A stretch of DNA of 59,250 nt, filler included. It is 6 parts of 6 records of this genome, joined end to end, with 100 filler letters (N's around TTAATTAATTAA, not from the genome) between each part and the next. Parts side by side here need not be neighbours in the genome. Positions count along the whole stretch, not along the records: positions 1 to 20,304 come from DRR723986_10008; positions 20,405 to 26,013 come from DRR723986_10013; positions 26,114 to 36,151 come from DRR723986_10017; 3 more parts are not named here. The stretch is one strand, 5' to 3'. A program made the translations under genes and the position numbers. The notes beneath the pieces were generated by a model. The model did not search any database and had not been told where the DNA came from. It was given only the letters and a program-made list of their open reading frames with translations. Below are positions 17,233 to 27,262 of this stretch, piece after piece (positions within the stretch are counted from its first letter, which is position 1; each line of letters starts with the position of its first letter).

Positions 17233-19785
17233 GTGGCCACTTTCGATCAGTTCATCGCATCACTGGAAAGAGACTTCGGAGACAAGGGCAAAGGGAAGCC
17301 CTTTGAGGTCTTCTGCAAGTGGTTCTTGGAGAATGACCCCAAGTGGTCGAGCACAGTTGAGAAGGTTTGGCTTTGGGAAGACTACCCCGACAAATGGCAA
17401 CGACAGGACCTTGGGACTGACCTAGTATTCAGGGATAGTGAGGGGCTGATCTGGGCTGTTCAAGCCAAGTGCTACTCCGAACATCGAACTACATCCAAAG
17501 GGGACCTGAATTCCTTCCTCGCTGATACTGGTCGAAAAGAAGTTAACAAGCGGCTCTGGATACAGACCACCAACAAAATGGAAGCACGGGCTGATAAAAC
17601 CATCAAAGGTCAGGAGAAGCCTGTCACCGTCTTTCAGCTCAATGATTTCCGTGAAGCCCAGATCGACTACCCAGAGAGCTTTGCTGAAATTCACAAAGCC
17701 AAGGTCAAAAAGAAGCCTAAACCTGACCCACATCAGTTAGAGGCCATTCAGGCCGTGCAAATGGGTCTTCAATCCCTCGAACGTGGCCAACTCATTATGG
17801 CTTGCGGCACGGGTAAGACCTTTACGACACTGTGGATCAAAGAGGCGCTGGGCGCTGAAACCACACTCGTTCTGCTTCCATCGCTGAGCCTTCTCTCCCA
17901 GACAATGCGGGAATGGGCATGGGCCAAGAACCACGACTTTGATATCCTGAACGTCTGCTCTGACAAGTCTGTCGGGAAAAAGACAGAGGATATGAACCCT
18001 CGTGATGCACCCTTTCCTGTTACTTCAGATGTTGAAGAGATCAGCAGGTTCCTCAAGAAGGCAGGGCCAAAGGTTCTATTCTGCACCTATCAATCTTCCG
18101 ACCTGATAGCTCAAGTTCAGGCTGACACCTCTGTTCCCACATTTGACTTGGCGATTGCAGATGAGGCTCACAGGTGTGCAGGTAGGGCAGATGCTGATTT
18201 TGCCACGATTTTGGATGGCAATAAGATCAGGGCCACCAAAAGGCTATTCACGACAGCTACCCCCCGTTATTTTGGCAAGGCCATCAAGGATGAGGCCAAT
18301 GCCCGGTCCCTTGACGTCATCGGAATGGACAACGAGGAAATCTTTGGTCCTGTCGTCCACAAGCTCAGTTTCGGAGAAGCAATACACGACGGTCTTCTGA
18401 CCGATTACCAAGTGGTTATTGTTGGTGTCGATGAGCCGATGGTGAAAGAATGGATCGACAACTCCGAGATCGTTTCAGCCAACTCTAACAAACAACATGA
18501 TGCCAGAACTTTGGCTGCCAAGATCGGCTTGATCAAAGCAATCAAGGACTACGATCTAGAGCGGGTTATCTCGTTCCACAGTAACATCAGCAAGGCTAGA
18601 GAGTTCTCTGAGGAGTTGCCCGAGATTGTGGAAATGGTTGAGGCAGAGCATCGCCCAAGTGGTGCAATCCTCTCGAACTACGTTTCCGGCGAGATGAAGG
18701 CTGGTGACAGGAAAGATAAGATCGAAAAGCTCAAGAAGCTGGAAGGCTTCGACAGAGGCATCCTAACAAATGCTCGTTGCCTAGCCGAAGGTGTCGATGT
18801 CCCGTCTCTGGATGGTGTCGCCTTTATCGACCCACGGGGCAGTCAGGTAGACATCATTCAAGCTGTTGGACGAGCTATTAGGAAGGTCAGAGGGGCAGTA
18901 GTTCAGAAGAAGGGCACTATCGTTATCCCAGTCTTTATTGAGGATGGTGATGACCCAGAAGCCTCCATTGAGGCCAGCAACTTCAAACCTGTTTGGGATG
19001 TTCTAAAGGCTCTTCGGTCTCACGATGATGATGTGGCTGAGGTGCTGGATACTTATCGAACCAACATGGCCAAGAACGCCAACCAATCTAAGGAAGACAT
19101 CAGCGACAAGGTTATCTTAGACCTTCCTTGGAAAGTAGGGGCTGAATTTGCGGGGGCTTTGAGGACCGTTCTGGTGGAAGCAACCACTGCCTCTTGGGAA
19201 TTCTGGCTTGGACTGCTTGACGAATACGTGAAGCGAGAAGGAAACTGTTTCGTTCCCCAACAGCATTCCGAAGGCAGATTCAGGCTTGGCAGATGGGTCA
19301 ACTACCAACGACTAGTTTACAACTCTCTTTCGGTCAAAAGGAAAGCACAGCTTGCGGCACTGGGGTTTTACCAAGATTACGATTGGAGATGGGAGAGAGG
19401 ATTTCAACTCCTGAAGGAGTTTCAGGCCAGGGAAGGTCACGTTGCAGTCCGAAGGGAACATAAAGAAGGCCACTTGAATCTCGGGAACTGGGTTCAAAAT
19501 CAGAGGAACTTTCCCGACAGACTGACCGATGAGAGAAAACGCCGACTGGCGGAAATTGGATTTGAGATTGCGCCCTTCAATGATCGCTGGGAGCATGGCT
19601 ATTCTCACTTGCAAACGTTTGTGGAGCGTGAAGGCCACGCCAAAGTTCCAAAACGACACAAAGAGGGGGACTTCTTACTTGGGATTTGGGTTGAGGCCCA
19701 AAAAGCAAGACGACCTCTTCTTTCCGAACATCGCCGCAAAAAATTGGATGAAATCGGTTTCCATTGGAGAAAACGCCAGAATTAA
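17233..19785 (+). CDS. Mrr-like restriction endonuclease + SF2 DEAD/DEAH helicase + three helicase-associated (HA) repeats
   Basis: DLGTDLV...AVQAKCY nuclease motif; MACGTGKT, DEAH, TATP, NARCLAEGVDVP, QAVGRAIR; three W..G...F..REGH..V...LG.WV..QR...L..IGF repeats. Confidence 0.88.
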   Translation: MATFDQFIASLERDFGDKGKGKPFEVFCKWFLENDPKWSSTVEKVWLWEDYPDKWQRQDLGTDLVFRDSEGLIWAVQAKCYSEHRTTSKGDLNSFLADTGRKEVNKRLWIQTTNKMEARADKTIKGQEKPVTVFQLNDFREAQIDYPESFAEIHKAKVKKKPKPDPHQLEAIQAVQMGLQSLERGQLIMACGTGKTFTTLWIKEALGAETTLVLLPSLSLLSQTMREWAWAKNHDFDILNVCSDKSVGKKTEDMNPRDAPFPVTSDVEEISRFLKKAGPKVLFCTYQSSDLIAQVQADTSVPTFDLAIADEAHRCAGRADADFATILDGNKIRATKRLFTTATPRYFGKAIKDEANARSLDVIGMDNEEIFGPVVHKLSFGEAIHDGLLTDYQVVIVGVDEPMVKEWIDNSEIVSANSNKQHDARTLAAKIGLIKAIKDYDLERVISFHSNISKAREFSEELPEIVEMVEAEHRPSGAILSNYVSGEMKAGDRKDKIEKLKKLEGFDRGILTNARCLAEGVDVPSLDGVAFIDPRGSQVDIIQAVGRAIRKVRGAVVQKKGTIVIPVFIEDGDDPEASIEASNFKPVWDVLKALRSHDDDVAEVLDTYRTNMAKNANQSKEDISDKVILDLPWKVGAEFAGALRTVLVEATTASWEFWLGLLDEYVKREGNCFVPQQHSEGRFRLGRWVNYQRLVYNSLSVKRKAQLAALGFYQDYDWRWERGFQLLKEFQAREGHVAVRREHKEGHLNLGNWVQNQRNFPDRLTDERKRRLAEIGFEIAPFNDRWEHGYSHLQTFVEREGHAKVPKRHKEGDFLLGIWVEAQKARRPLLSEHRRKKLDEIGFHWRKRQN

Positions 19786-20004
19786 CTTGGCGCATGTGAG
19801 GAATTCGACAGATATTGAGAGTTTGGCTCTGTGAGCCTTCTCATCTTAAAGATAAGGTGCGGACACAGCGGCGTTTATGAAAGTCGCAAACCAGGGATGA
19901 GTCTCCTTAAAAGATAAGGTAGTACTCAGAGGAGAGCCAAATACATCATGACTGGAGATCACAAGCATAGATTAGAGGCTATTGGATTCGTAGCGGATGC
20001 CTAG
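19786..20004 (+). pseudogene. Decayed fourth HA repeat in frame after the helicase stop
   Basis: Read-through gives FDRY*EFG...KIRCGHSGV...KPG...LKR*GSTQRR...HRLEAIGF, with stops at the two conserved Trp positions. Confidence 0.7.
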
Positions 20005-20198
20005 AAACGTTACGAGGTAAGCCGAAGCGTTTAGTAGGTGACATGGCTGACCCAAACTGTAACCAAAGCAAACTGGTCACCTAAGCCGCCAAAACAGATT
20101 TAACGTGATTGGCCGACTAAGATGAAGCACTGGTATTAGGGACAGGTCGCTTGCGGGTTTAATTGAGAGCAACAAAACCCAGTCATCTCGCCTCTCAG

Positions 20199-20221
20199 CG
20201 TGGGTGGTGACCGTGGGTGGT
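20199..20221 (+). repeat. Tandem CGTGGGTGGT pair, putative integrase arm-type sites (right)
   Basis: Copies at 20199-20208 and 20212-20221 matching the left-end pair. Confidence 0.75.
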
Positions 20222-20274
20222 TTTAGCTAATTTGGGCGACATTAAGTCATTGTTTCCAAATCAAAATTGGATTT

Positions 20275-20304
20275 TGGCGGAGAGACAGGGATTCGAACCC
20301 TGGG
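20275..20304 (-). tRNA. tRNA 3' part (probably tRNA-Ser), cut by contig end
   Basis: Reverse complement CCCAGGGTTCGAATCCCTGTCTCTCCGCCA: T-loop GTTCGAATC, acceptor strand, G discriminator and encoded CCA. Anticodon not visible. Confidence 0.85.
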
Positions 20305-20404
20305 NNNNNNNNNNNNNNNNNNNNNNNNNNNNNNNNNNNNNNNNNNNNTTAATTAATTAANNNNNNNNNNNNNNNNNNNNNNNNNNNNNNNNNNNNNNNN
20401 NNNN
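20305..20404. other. Artificial contig linker
   Basis: N-run with central TTAATTAATTAA. Confidence 0.99.
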
Positions 20405-21005
20405 TCACCGGGAACATCGCCGCCATTTCCTGCAGCTCGCCATTGGGGGTGCCATCTGCGCCCTTCATCACCCCTTCTACATTGGTGGCACCGTCATAGC
20501 CCACCATTCGTAGCACCACCGAGTTGACGCACATCAGATGGCCCGACGAAAACAAAAACGCCACTGGCCGGGTGTCGCTGATCTGGTCAAGGTGATGGCG
20601 ATTCAACCGTTCGGATTGCAAGAAAATCGGGTCGAACCCCCAGGTCAGCAAGGGCTGATCATCGGGCATCGTGCTGGCATAGGCGCGCATATCGGCGATG
20701 ACGGTTTCGATATCGGTTTTGCCGCGCCACAATGTGCCATCGGGATCGATCCGGTCATGATAGCCGGCATAGGCGTAATCCCAAATAAAGCCCGACATCA
20801 TATGGCAATGCCCCTCGACAAAGCCGGGCATCAGCACCGCATCGGCAAAGGTGCTGTCATGGGTCACAGGCCCCCATTGATCGGCGCAATCGGCACCGCC
20901 TACGGCCAGAATACGGCCATCACGCACAGCCACATGGGTAGCAATGGGGCGGTTTGCATCCATCGTGATTATTTTTTGGGCATTATAAACGGTGATCTGC
21001 GCCAT
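20405..21005 (-). CDS. Amidohydrolase (YtcJ / amidohydrolase_3-like), 3' truncated
   Basis: AVRDGRILAVG, MPGFVEGHCH metal motif, SGHLMCVNS, PNGELQE. Confidence 0.85.
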
Positions 21006-21048
21006 GGTTCCCCCCGGTTTTCCTAAGGGGTAGCGCAGCATTGTTTTT

Positions 21049-21061
21049 ATCGAAAATAGAT
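21049..21061. promoter_or_regulatory. Candidate LysR box in divergent promoter
   Basis: ATC-N7-GAT dyad (ATCGAAAATAGAT) between the amidohydrolase and LysR genes. Confidence 0.45.
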
Positions 21062-21094
21062 TTACTGTGCGGGAAAAACACATTTTCTGCGGGG

Positions 21095-22051
21095 ATGGCG
21101 ATGTATTTTACGCTAAAACAGCTGCGCTATTACGATGCCGCCTTGCGCAGCGGCTCGATCGTGAAGGCCAGCACCGAGATGAATATCTCGCAAAGTTCGA
21201 TCACCGCCGCGCTGGATGCGATTGAACAAAGCGTTGGCCAAGAGCTGTTTCGCAGGGTGCCGGCCAAGGGCCTGCAACCCACCGATGCGGGCCGGCGCGT
21301 GGGGCTGCGCATTGCCGAGTTTTTGGAACAGGCGCGGATATTCGAATCAGATCTGATGTCGATCTCGGGCGATCTGACCGGCACGCTGCATGTGGGCTGC
21401 TATGCCCCCAGCGCGCCTTATGTGCTGCCGCGGTTGATGAAAGAACTGGCACAAACCTACCCATCGGTGCGGGTGGATCTGGTGGAAACCGATCTGGCGG
21501 CCATGGTAGAGCTGCTGCAAAACGGCCGTATCGATCTGGCGCTGACCTACCGGCGCACCATGCCCGACAGCCTGCCCTTTATGCCCATGTTCGAGGCCCG
21601 CCCCTATGCGCTGCTGCCCGAAAACTCGCCCTTTGCCCAGGCGCCCGAGGTGACGCTGGCACAGCTGGCCACCAAGCCACTGATCATGCTGGATTTGCCC
21701 ACAACGGTGGAATATTTTGCCGCTGTTTTCAAGGAATACGGGCTGGAATTTCAGATTGCCCATACCACCAAATCCTCGTCTGTGCTGCGCGGGTTGGTGG
21801 CGGCGGGGTTTGGGCATTCGGTGCTCAATATCTGCAGCCCATCCGACAGGCAGGGCACCAATGGCTATATCTGCCGCCCCATCGCCGGCACACTGCACAC
21901 GCCCGAATTTGGCGTGGCCTTCACCAACGCCTCGCGCCGCTCGTCCATTGTGCAGGCGGTGCTGGATATTTGCCAAAAAATGGCCAAAACCCAAGCGTTT
22001 GATGATCTGGTTATGCGCCCCTTAGGCGAGAGTAAAACTATAAAATGGTGA
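21095..22051 (+). CDS. LysR-family transcriptional regulator
   Basis: TLKQLRYY...GSIVKAS...ISQSSIT HTH; substrate domain with GRIDLAL and LVAAGFG. Confidence 0.93.
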   Translation: MAMYFTLKQLRYYDAALRSGSIVKASTEMNISQSSITAALDAIEQSVGQELFRRVPAKGLQPTDAGRRVGLRIAEFLEQARIFESDLMSISGDLTGTLHVGCYAPSAPYVLPRLMKELAQTYPSVRVDLVETDLAAMVELLQNGRIDLALTYRRTMPDSLPFMPMFEARPYALLPENSPFAQAPEVTLAQLATKPLIMLDLPTTVEYFAAVFKEYGLEFQIAHTTKSSSVLRGLVAAGFGHSVLNICSPSDRQGTNGYICRPIAGTLHTPEFGVAFTNASRRSSIVQAVLDICQKMAKTQAFDDLVMRPLGESKTIKW

Positions 22052-22143
22052 AAGGCGGCATATAAAACACGCTTTTCTGTATTTTCGACCCCCGCTAGCC
22101 TGATTGCAAAATACCAAACAATAAGACTGCAACCAGGGAGACT

Positions 22144-23700
22144 ATGATGAAACAACTGACCCGCCTAATGGGGGCTGTCGCAATCGCGGCCAGCGCCATG
22201 TCTGCCGCACCAGTGGCAGCAGAAGGCACGCTGGTGATCGCCTCGACGCAAACACCGCGCCATTTGAACGGTGCTGTGCAATCAGGCACCGCCACCGCCG
22301 TGCCCTCGACACAGATTTTTGCCTCGCTGCTGCGCTATGACAACGGCTGGGATCCACAGCCCTATCTGGCAAAAAGCTGGGAAACCAGCGCCGATGGCCT
22401 GACCGTGACGTTCAATCTGGTCGATAATGCCACCTTCCACGATGGCAAGCCCGTGACATCCGAAGATGTGGCGTTTTCGATCATGACGATCAAGCAAAAC
22501 CACCCCTTCCAATCGATGTTTGCCCCGGTGGAAACGGTCGAAACCCCCGATGCGCACACGGCCGTGTTCAAGCTGAGCAAACCGCACCCGGCGCTGATGC
22601 TGGCCCTGTCGCCCGCGCTTGCGCCGATTTTGCCAAAACATGTCTATGGCGATGGGCAAGACCCGAAATCGCACCCCGCCAACAGCGCGCCGGTGGGTTC
22701 GGGGCCGTTTATCTTGTCGGAATTCACCCCGGGCGAGGCCGTGGTGATGAAGAAAAACCCCAATTTCTTTCTCGAAGGGCGCCCAAAGCTGGACGAGATT
22801 ATCGTGCGCATCGTCAAAGACCCCTCGGCGCTGCTGATCGCCATGGAAAACGGCGATGCGGATATGTATCCGTTCATGGCCGGCAGCCAAGAGATCAAGC
22901 GCTTGGAAAAGGTCGATGGGCTGTCCATTACCGCCGAGGGCTATGCCGGTGTGGGCCCGATCAACTGGCTGGCGTTTAACACCCAGTCGGACAAGCTGAA
23001 AGATGTGCGCGTGCGTCAGGCCATCGCCTATGCGGTTGATCGCAATTTCATCACCAAGGCGCTGCACCGCGGTGTATCGCAGCCGCAACGCGGGCCAATC
23101 ATCGAAAGCAGCCCCTTCTTTGACGCGGGTATCGCACCTTATGATGTGGATCTCGACAAGGCCAAGGCGCTGATGGCCGAAGCGGGCTTTGCCGATGGCA
23201 TGTCGCTGACCATCGATTATATCCCCGGCCCGAAAGAGCAGCAGCAATCGGTTGCGGAATACATGAAATCGCAGCTGAAAAAGATTGGCATCGAGATCGA
23301 GGTGCGCGCAGCCCCCGATTTCCCCACCTGGGCGGGCCGCGTGGGCGGGCATGATTTCGAGCTGTCGATGGATGTTGTCTTTAACTGGGGCGATCCGGTG
23401 ATCGGTGTGCACCGCACCTATCTGTGCGACAATATCCGCAAAGGCGTGATCTGGTCGAACACCCAGCAATATTGCAACCCCAAGGTAGACGAGCTGCTGA
23501 ATGCTGCCGCAGTCGAGCTGGACCAAGACAAGCGCGCAGCGCTTTATAGCCAGTTCCAGCAGATCGTCGGGCAGGATGTGCCGATCTATTTCATCAACGC
23601 GCTGCCCTATCACACCGCCTATAAATCGGGCTTGCAAAACGTGCCCACGGGCATCTGGGGCACCATGCACCCGATGGATAACGTATCCTGGTCGCAATAA
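22144..23700 (+). CDS. ABC transporter substrate-binding protein (family 5, peptide/nickel)
   Basis: Signal peptide; PYLAKSW, FHDGKPVTSEDV, PVGSGPF, DVRVRQAI. Confidence 0.93.
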   Translation: MMKQLTRLMGAVAIAASAMSAAPVAAEGTLVIASTQTPRHLNGAVQSGTATAVPSTQIFASLLRYDNGWDPQPYLAKSWETSADGLTVTFNLVDNATFHDGKPVTSEDVAFSIMTIKQNHPFQSMFAPVETVETPDAHTAVFKLSKPHPALMLALSPALAPILPKHVYGDGQDPKSHPANSAPVGSGPFILSEFTPGEAVVMKKNPNFFLEGRPKLDEIIVRIVKDPSALLIAMENGDADMYPFMAGSQEIKRLEKVDGLSITAEGYAGVGPINWLAFNTQSDKLKDVRVRQAIAYAVDRNFITKALHRGVSQPQRGPIIESSPFFDAGIAPYDVDLDKAKALMAEAGFADGMSLTIDYIPGPKEQQQSVAEYMKSQLKKIGIEIEVRAAPDFPTWAGRVGGHDFELSMDVVFNWGDPVIGVHRTYLCDNIRKGVIWSNTQQYCNPKVDELLNAAAVELDQDKRAALYSQFQQIVGQDVPIYFINALPYHTAYKSGLQNVPTGIWGTMHPMDNVSWSQ

Positions 23701-23768
23701 GCGCCGATGAACCCATCCAAATGCCAGGGCCGCCACGCGCGGCCCTGCTTCCCTAAGGCGCAGGTGAT

Positions 23769-24746
23769 ATGAGCAATTCCTACATCTTGAAACGCGTGGC
23801 CTATGGGCTGATTTTGATGCTCTGCGTGGTTGTGCTGAACTTCCTGCTGATCCGGCTGGCACCGGGGGATCCGGCGGTGGTGATCGCGGGGGAAATGGGC
23901 GGCGCCACAGAGGAAATGCTGGAACAGATCCGCGAAGATTATGGCCTGAACAAACCCATCCTAACGCAGCTGGCCATCTATATTGGCAATGTGGCGACAG
24001 GCAATTTGGGGGAAAGCTTCTTTTTCAACAAACCTGTGGCCGAGCTGATCAGCCAGCGCATCGGCCCTACCATTTTGCTGGTGATCGTGGCGCAGCTTTT
24101 GTCGATCTTTCTGGGCGTGTTTCTGGGGGTGCTGGCCGCGCGCAAACCAAACGGACTGATGAGCGCCTTTGTCTCGGTTTTTGCCACGATCGGCTATGCG
24201 GTGCCGGTGTTTTGGACCGGCATCATGCTGATTATCCTCTTTGCCAGCGTTTTGCCGATTTTCCCGGTCGAGGGCATGCAATCGGTGCGGCTGCGCGATG
24301 CGCCATGGTATGTGCAAACCATTGACGTGGCCCATCACCTGGTTTTGCCCGCCTTTACCCTGGCGGTGATTTATCTGGCCCAATATGCCCGGCTTAGCCG
24401 CGCCTCGATGCTCGAGGTGTTGGGCTCGGATTATATCCGCACCGCGCGCGCCAAAGGCGCCAGCGAGCGCACGGTGCTGTTTCATCACGCCCTGCGCAAC
24501 GCCGCCCTGCCCATTCTGACCGTGGCAGGCCTGCAATTTGGCAATTTGATTTCCGGCGCGCTGCTGGTGGAAACGGTGTTCAACTGGCCCGGCATGGGGC
24601 GGCTGGCCTTTGATTCCATTTTGCGCCGCGACTACCCCACCATCATGGGCGTGTTGTTTTTTGCCAGCGCCATGGTGGTTGTGGCCAACCTGCTGACCGA
24701 TCTCAGCTATCGCTTGGCCGATCCCAGATTGCGGGGGCGCACATGA
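23769..24746 (+). CDS. Peptide ABC permease (DppB-like)
   Basis: APGDP, DYIRTARAKG, VETVFNWPGMG, RDYP. Confidence 0.93.
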   Translation: MSNSYILKRVAYGLILMLCVVVLNFLLIRLAPGDPAVVIAGEMGGATEEMLEQIREDYGLNKPILTQLAIYIGNVATGNLGESFFFNKPVAELISQRIGPTILLVIVAQLLSIFLGVFLGVLAARKPNGLMSAFVSVFATIGYAVPVFWTGIMLIILFASVLPIFPVEGMQSVRLRDAPWYVQTIDVAHHLVLPAFTLAVIYLAQYARLSRASMLEVLGSDYIRTARAKGASERTVLFHHALRNAALPILTVAGLQFGNLISGALLVETVFNWPGMGRLAFDSILRRDYPTIMGVLFFASAMVVVANLLTDLSYRLADPRLRGRT

Positions 24747-25698
24747 GCCCCCCCAAACATACCCCCCAAAAGGCCCCTCAGATGCCCGCAGATACCACCG
24801 ATGCCGCCACTGATGCCGCCACCGAGGCCGCAGCGCAATTCGTGGCCCGCTACCAGGCCGAAAGCCCCGCGCGCGAGGCCTGGCGCATGTTTCGCCGCAA
24901 TATCCCCGCCTTGGTTGGCACAGCCATGCTGCTGCTGATCATTGGGCTCACCCTTTATGGCACCCTGATCTATACGGGTGATCCGTTTGATATTGTCTGG
25001 GCCCCGCACGAAGCCCCCTTTGTCGAGCCCGATTTCCCCCTTGGCACCGATTATCTGGGCCGCGATCTGATGGCGGGGCTGTTATCGGGGGGCGGGCCCA
25101 CCCTGGCGGTGGGGGCGGCGGCGGCCGCGCTGACCATGATCATCGGCATTTCGATGGGGGCGCTTTCGGGTTTTTATGGCGGATGGGTGGATAACCTGTT
25201 GATGCGCATAACAGAATTTTTTCAAGTTCTGCCCGCCTTGTTATTTGCCATGGTGCTTGTCACCTTGTTCAGCCCCTCGCTGATCACCATTGCCATTGCC
25301 ATCGGTGTGGTCAGCTGGCCACAAACCGCGCGCCTGACGCGGGCCGAGTTTTTGAAGATCAAAGAGCTGGAATATGTCACCGCAGCCCGCGCCATCGGGG
25401 CGGGCAACGGGCGCATCATGTGGCGGGTGATTTTGCCAAACGCCCTGCCGCCGTTGATCGTATCGGCCACCTTAACCATCGGCGTGGCCATTCTGTTCGA
25501 GGCAGGGCTTAGCTTTTTGGGCTTGGGCGACCCCAATGTCATGAGCTGGGGGCTGATGATTGGCGCCAACCGCGACTATATTCTAGACGCGTGGTGGCCC
25601 GTTACCTTCCCCGGTTTGGCGATTTTCTTCACGGTTTTCTCGGTCAGCCTGATTGGCGATGGCCTGAACGATGCCTTTAACCCGAAATTGAGGGAAAG

Positions 25699-25702
<4 letters not shown>
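24743..25702 (+). CDS. Peptide ABC permease (DppC-like)
   Basis: LGTDYLGRD, EYVTAARAIGA, ILPNA, LSFLGLG, GDGLNDAFNP. Confidence 0.93.
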
Positions 25703-26013
<311 letters not shown>

Positions 26014-26113
26014 NNNNNNNNNNNNNNNNNNNNNNNNNNNNNNNNNNNNNNNNNNNNTTAATTAATTAANNNNNNNNNNNNNNNNNNNNNNNNNNNNNNN
26101 NNNNNNNNNNNNN
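26014..26113. other. Artificial contig linker
   Basis: N-run with central TTAATTAATTAA. Confidence 0.99.
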
Positions 26114-26143
26114 TTCATTGATTCATTGATTCATTGATTCATT
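26114..26143 (+). repeat. Short tandem repeat (TTCATTGA)n at contig edge
   Basis: Three full units plus a partial unit. Confidence 0.85.
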
Positions 26144-26460
26144 CGAAAACTAATATTCGACCAGTGAGTTCGAACTGCGTTAACCGAATTCCCAGAAAGG
26201 ACTAAAAGAATTAATGAGCTTTGTTTCTCTATTCATGGAGCAGTCACGACCATTTGACCGGAACCGGTTACCGGGAAGGTGCCTTGACCAACGACTTCTA
26301 CTTGGGCGTTATCGGCTTGGCAAGAACACATGGCGATCGTGCCGCGTGTAATGCTTGAGAATGACATAGAACTTCCGCATTCAAAATATGAGTGAATGAA
26401 GGTTTTGTTAAGCCGTGATTGAGACGAGACGAAACTCTTTATAGGTGCAGGTATTTACAA

Positions 26461-26939
26461 TCACCAAAAAACACCAGGATACCCACAGTATGACCGCAGC
26501 AATCCAATCTGCCCACAGTGGTAAGACTCATGTCTCAACAGGAAGACTAAAAGGTCTTGTAGTGTCTCTTGACTTTCAGCTTTGTACGGCAGATTCAGCT
26601 CATTATTCGTGAACGCTTCCAACTGGTTTGACCAGGCTGCACTCACCTTCCTGAAAACCTCTGTTAATCTCTCCAACGATGGGTAATCATTGGGATTGCG
26701 GGAAGGTTCACTACCACGATCGAACAAAGCTCGTTCGCTTTGATTAAGAAACTGGTTTGTTTCGAGCTTCACATTCCAGCCTTCAGGAAAATGCAAGCTC
26801 GTGAGTGAAACATGTCCCCCTGCCATTCGATGTTGTTGACTCTATCATTAAGAAACAGTCCGGCATGTTCCTCGCTGAGAGCATCTGTGAGCTTTTCCAA
26901 AGTTTGGCTTGAGGCCTCAAAGTACCTGGTGAAGTTCAT
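26461..26939 (-). pseudogene. DinB/YfiT-like protein with a -1 frameshift at a G5 run
   Basis: ATG 26939 frame reads MNFTRYF...VNNIEWQ and the next frame continues GHV...FDRGSEP...YPS...HESYHCGQI; span is 479 nt. Confidence 0.65.
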
Positions 26940-27205
26940 GTGTCTACTTCAATGCTGAACGTGTGTACTTACTTATCACACAATAATTAGGCAGGGCCAA
27001 ACTTTCAAATACTCGCAGCAAATTTGCACCTAAATCACACAAGGTCTGGTACATTACAAATAGGCTGACACTCTTGAGCTTTTAGTGCTCGGCTGACCTC
27101 AAAGCCAGAATGAGCAATTGACACAACCAGCGACCCTGTTCTGCCTTTACGCCACATGCAAAAAAGCATGGCCACATCAGCAGCACCGACTTAACCAGAT
27201 TTTCG

Positions 27206-27213
27206 TATTTTAG
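27206..27213 (+). promoter_or_regulatory. Candidate Bacteroidota-type -7 promoter element
   Basis: TATTTTAG resembles TAnnTTTG, ~50 nt upstream of the lipoprotein gene. Confidence 0.35.
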
Positions 27214-27262
27214 CCACCTTACTTCCTACTCCCGGTTTCGTTCTCCCCTATTCAAGCAAACC

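Larger units (their letters stand above)
8099..20293. mobile_element. ~12.2 kb integrative element inserted in the 3' end of tRNA-Ser
   Basis: Direct repeat TGGYGGAGAGACAGGGATT at 8099-8117 and 20275-20293 (18/19 identical; the right copy is the tRNA 3' end). Integrase just inside the left end; visibly AT-richer with different codon use than the flanks. Confidence 0.93.

Noticed and set aside
8099-20293. Prophage or ICE interpretation of the island
   Set aside because: No recognisable capsid, terminase, tail, lysis, relaxase or T4SS genes
20349-20360. Recurring TTAATTAATTAA palindrome in N-runs
   Set aside because: Artificial six-frame-stop linker, not biological
24793-24831. 12-bp tandem repeats in the permease N-terminus, and the GGRR repeat at 986-1015
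   Set aside because: Low-complexity protein tails with no evidence of a separate function
26114-26143. Tandem repeats at the edges of contig 3 (also 36123-36151) as a possible CRISPR array
   Set aside because: 8- and 11-bp units with no spacers and no cas genes; no CRISPR array was found anywhere in the window
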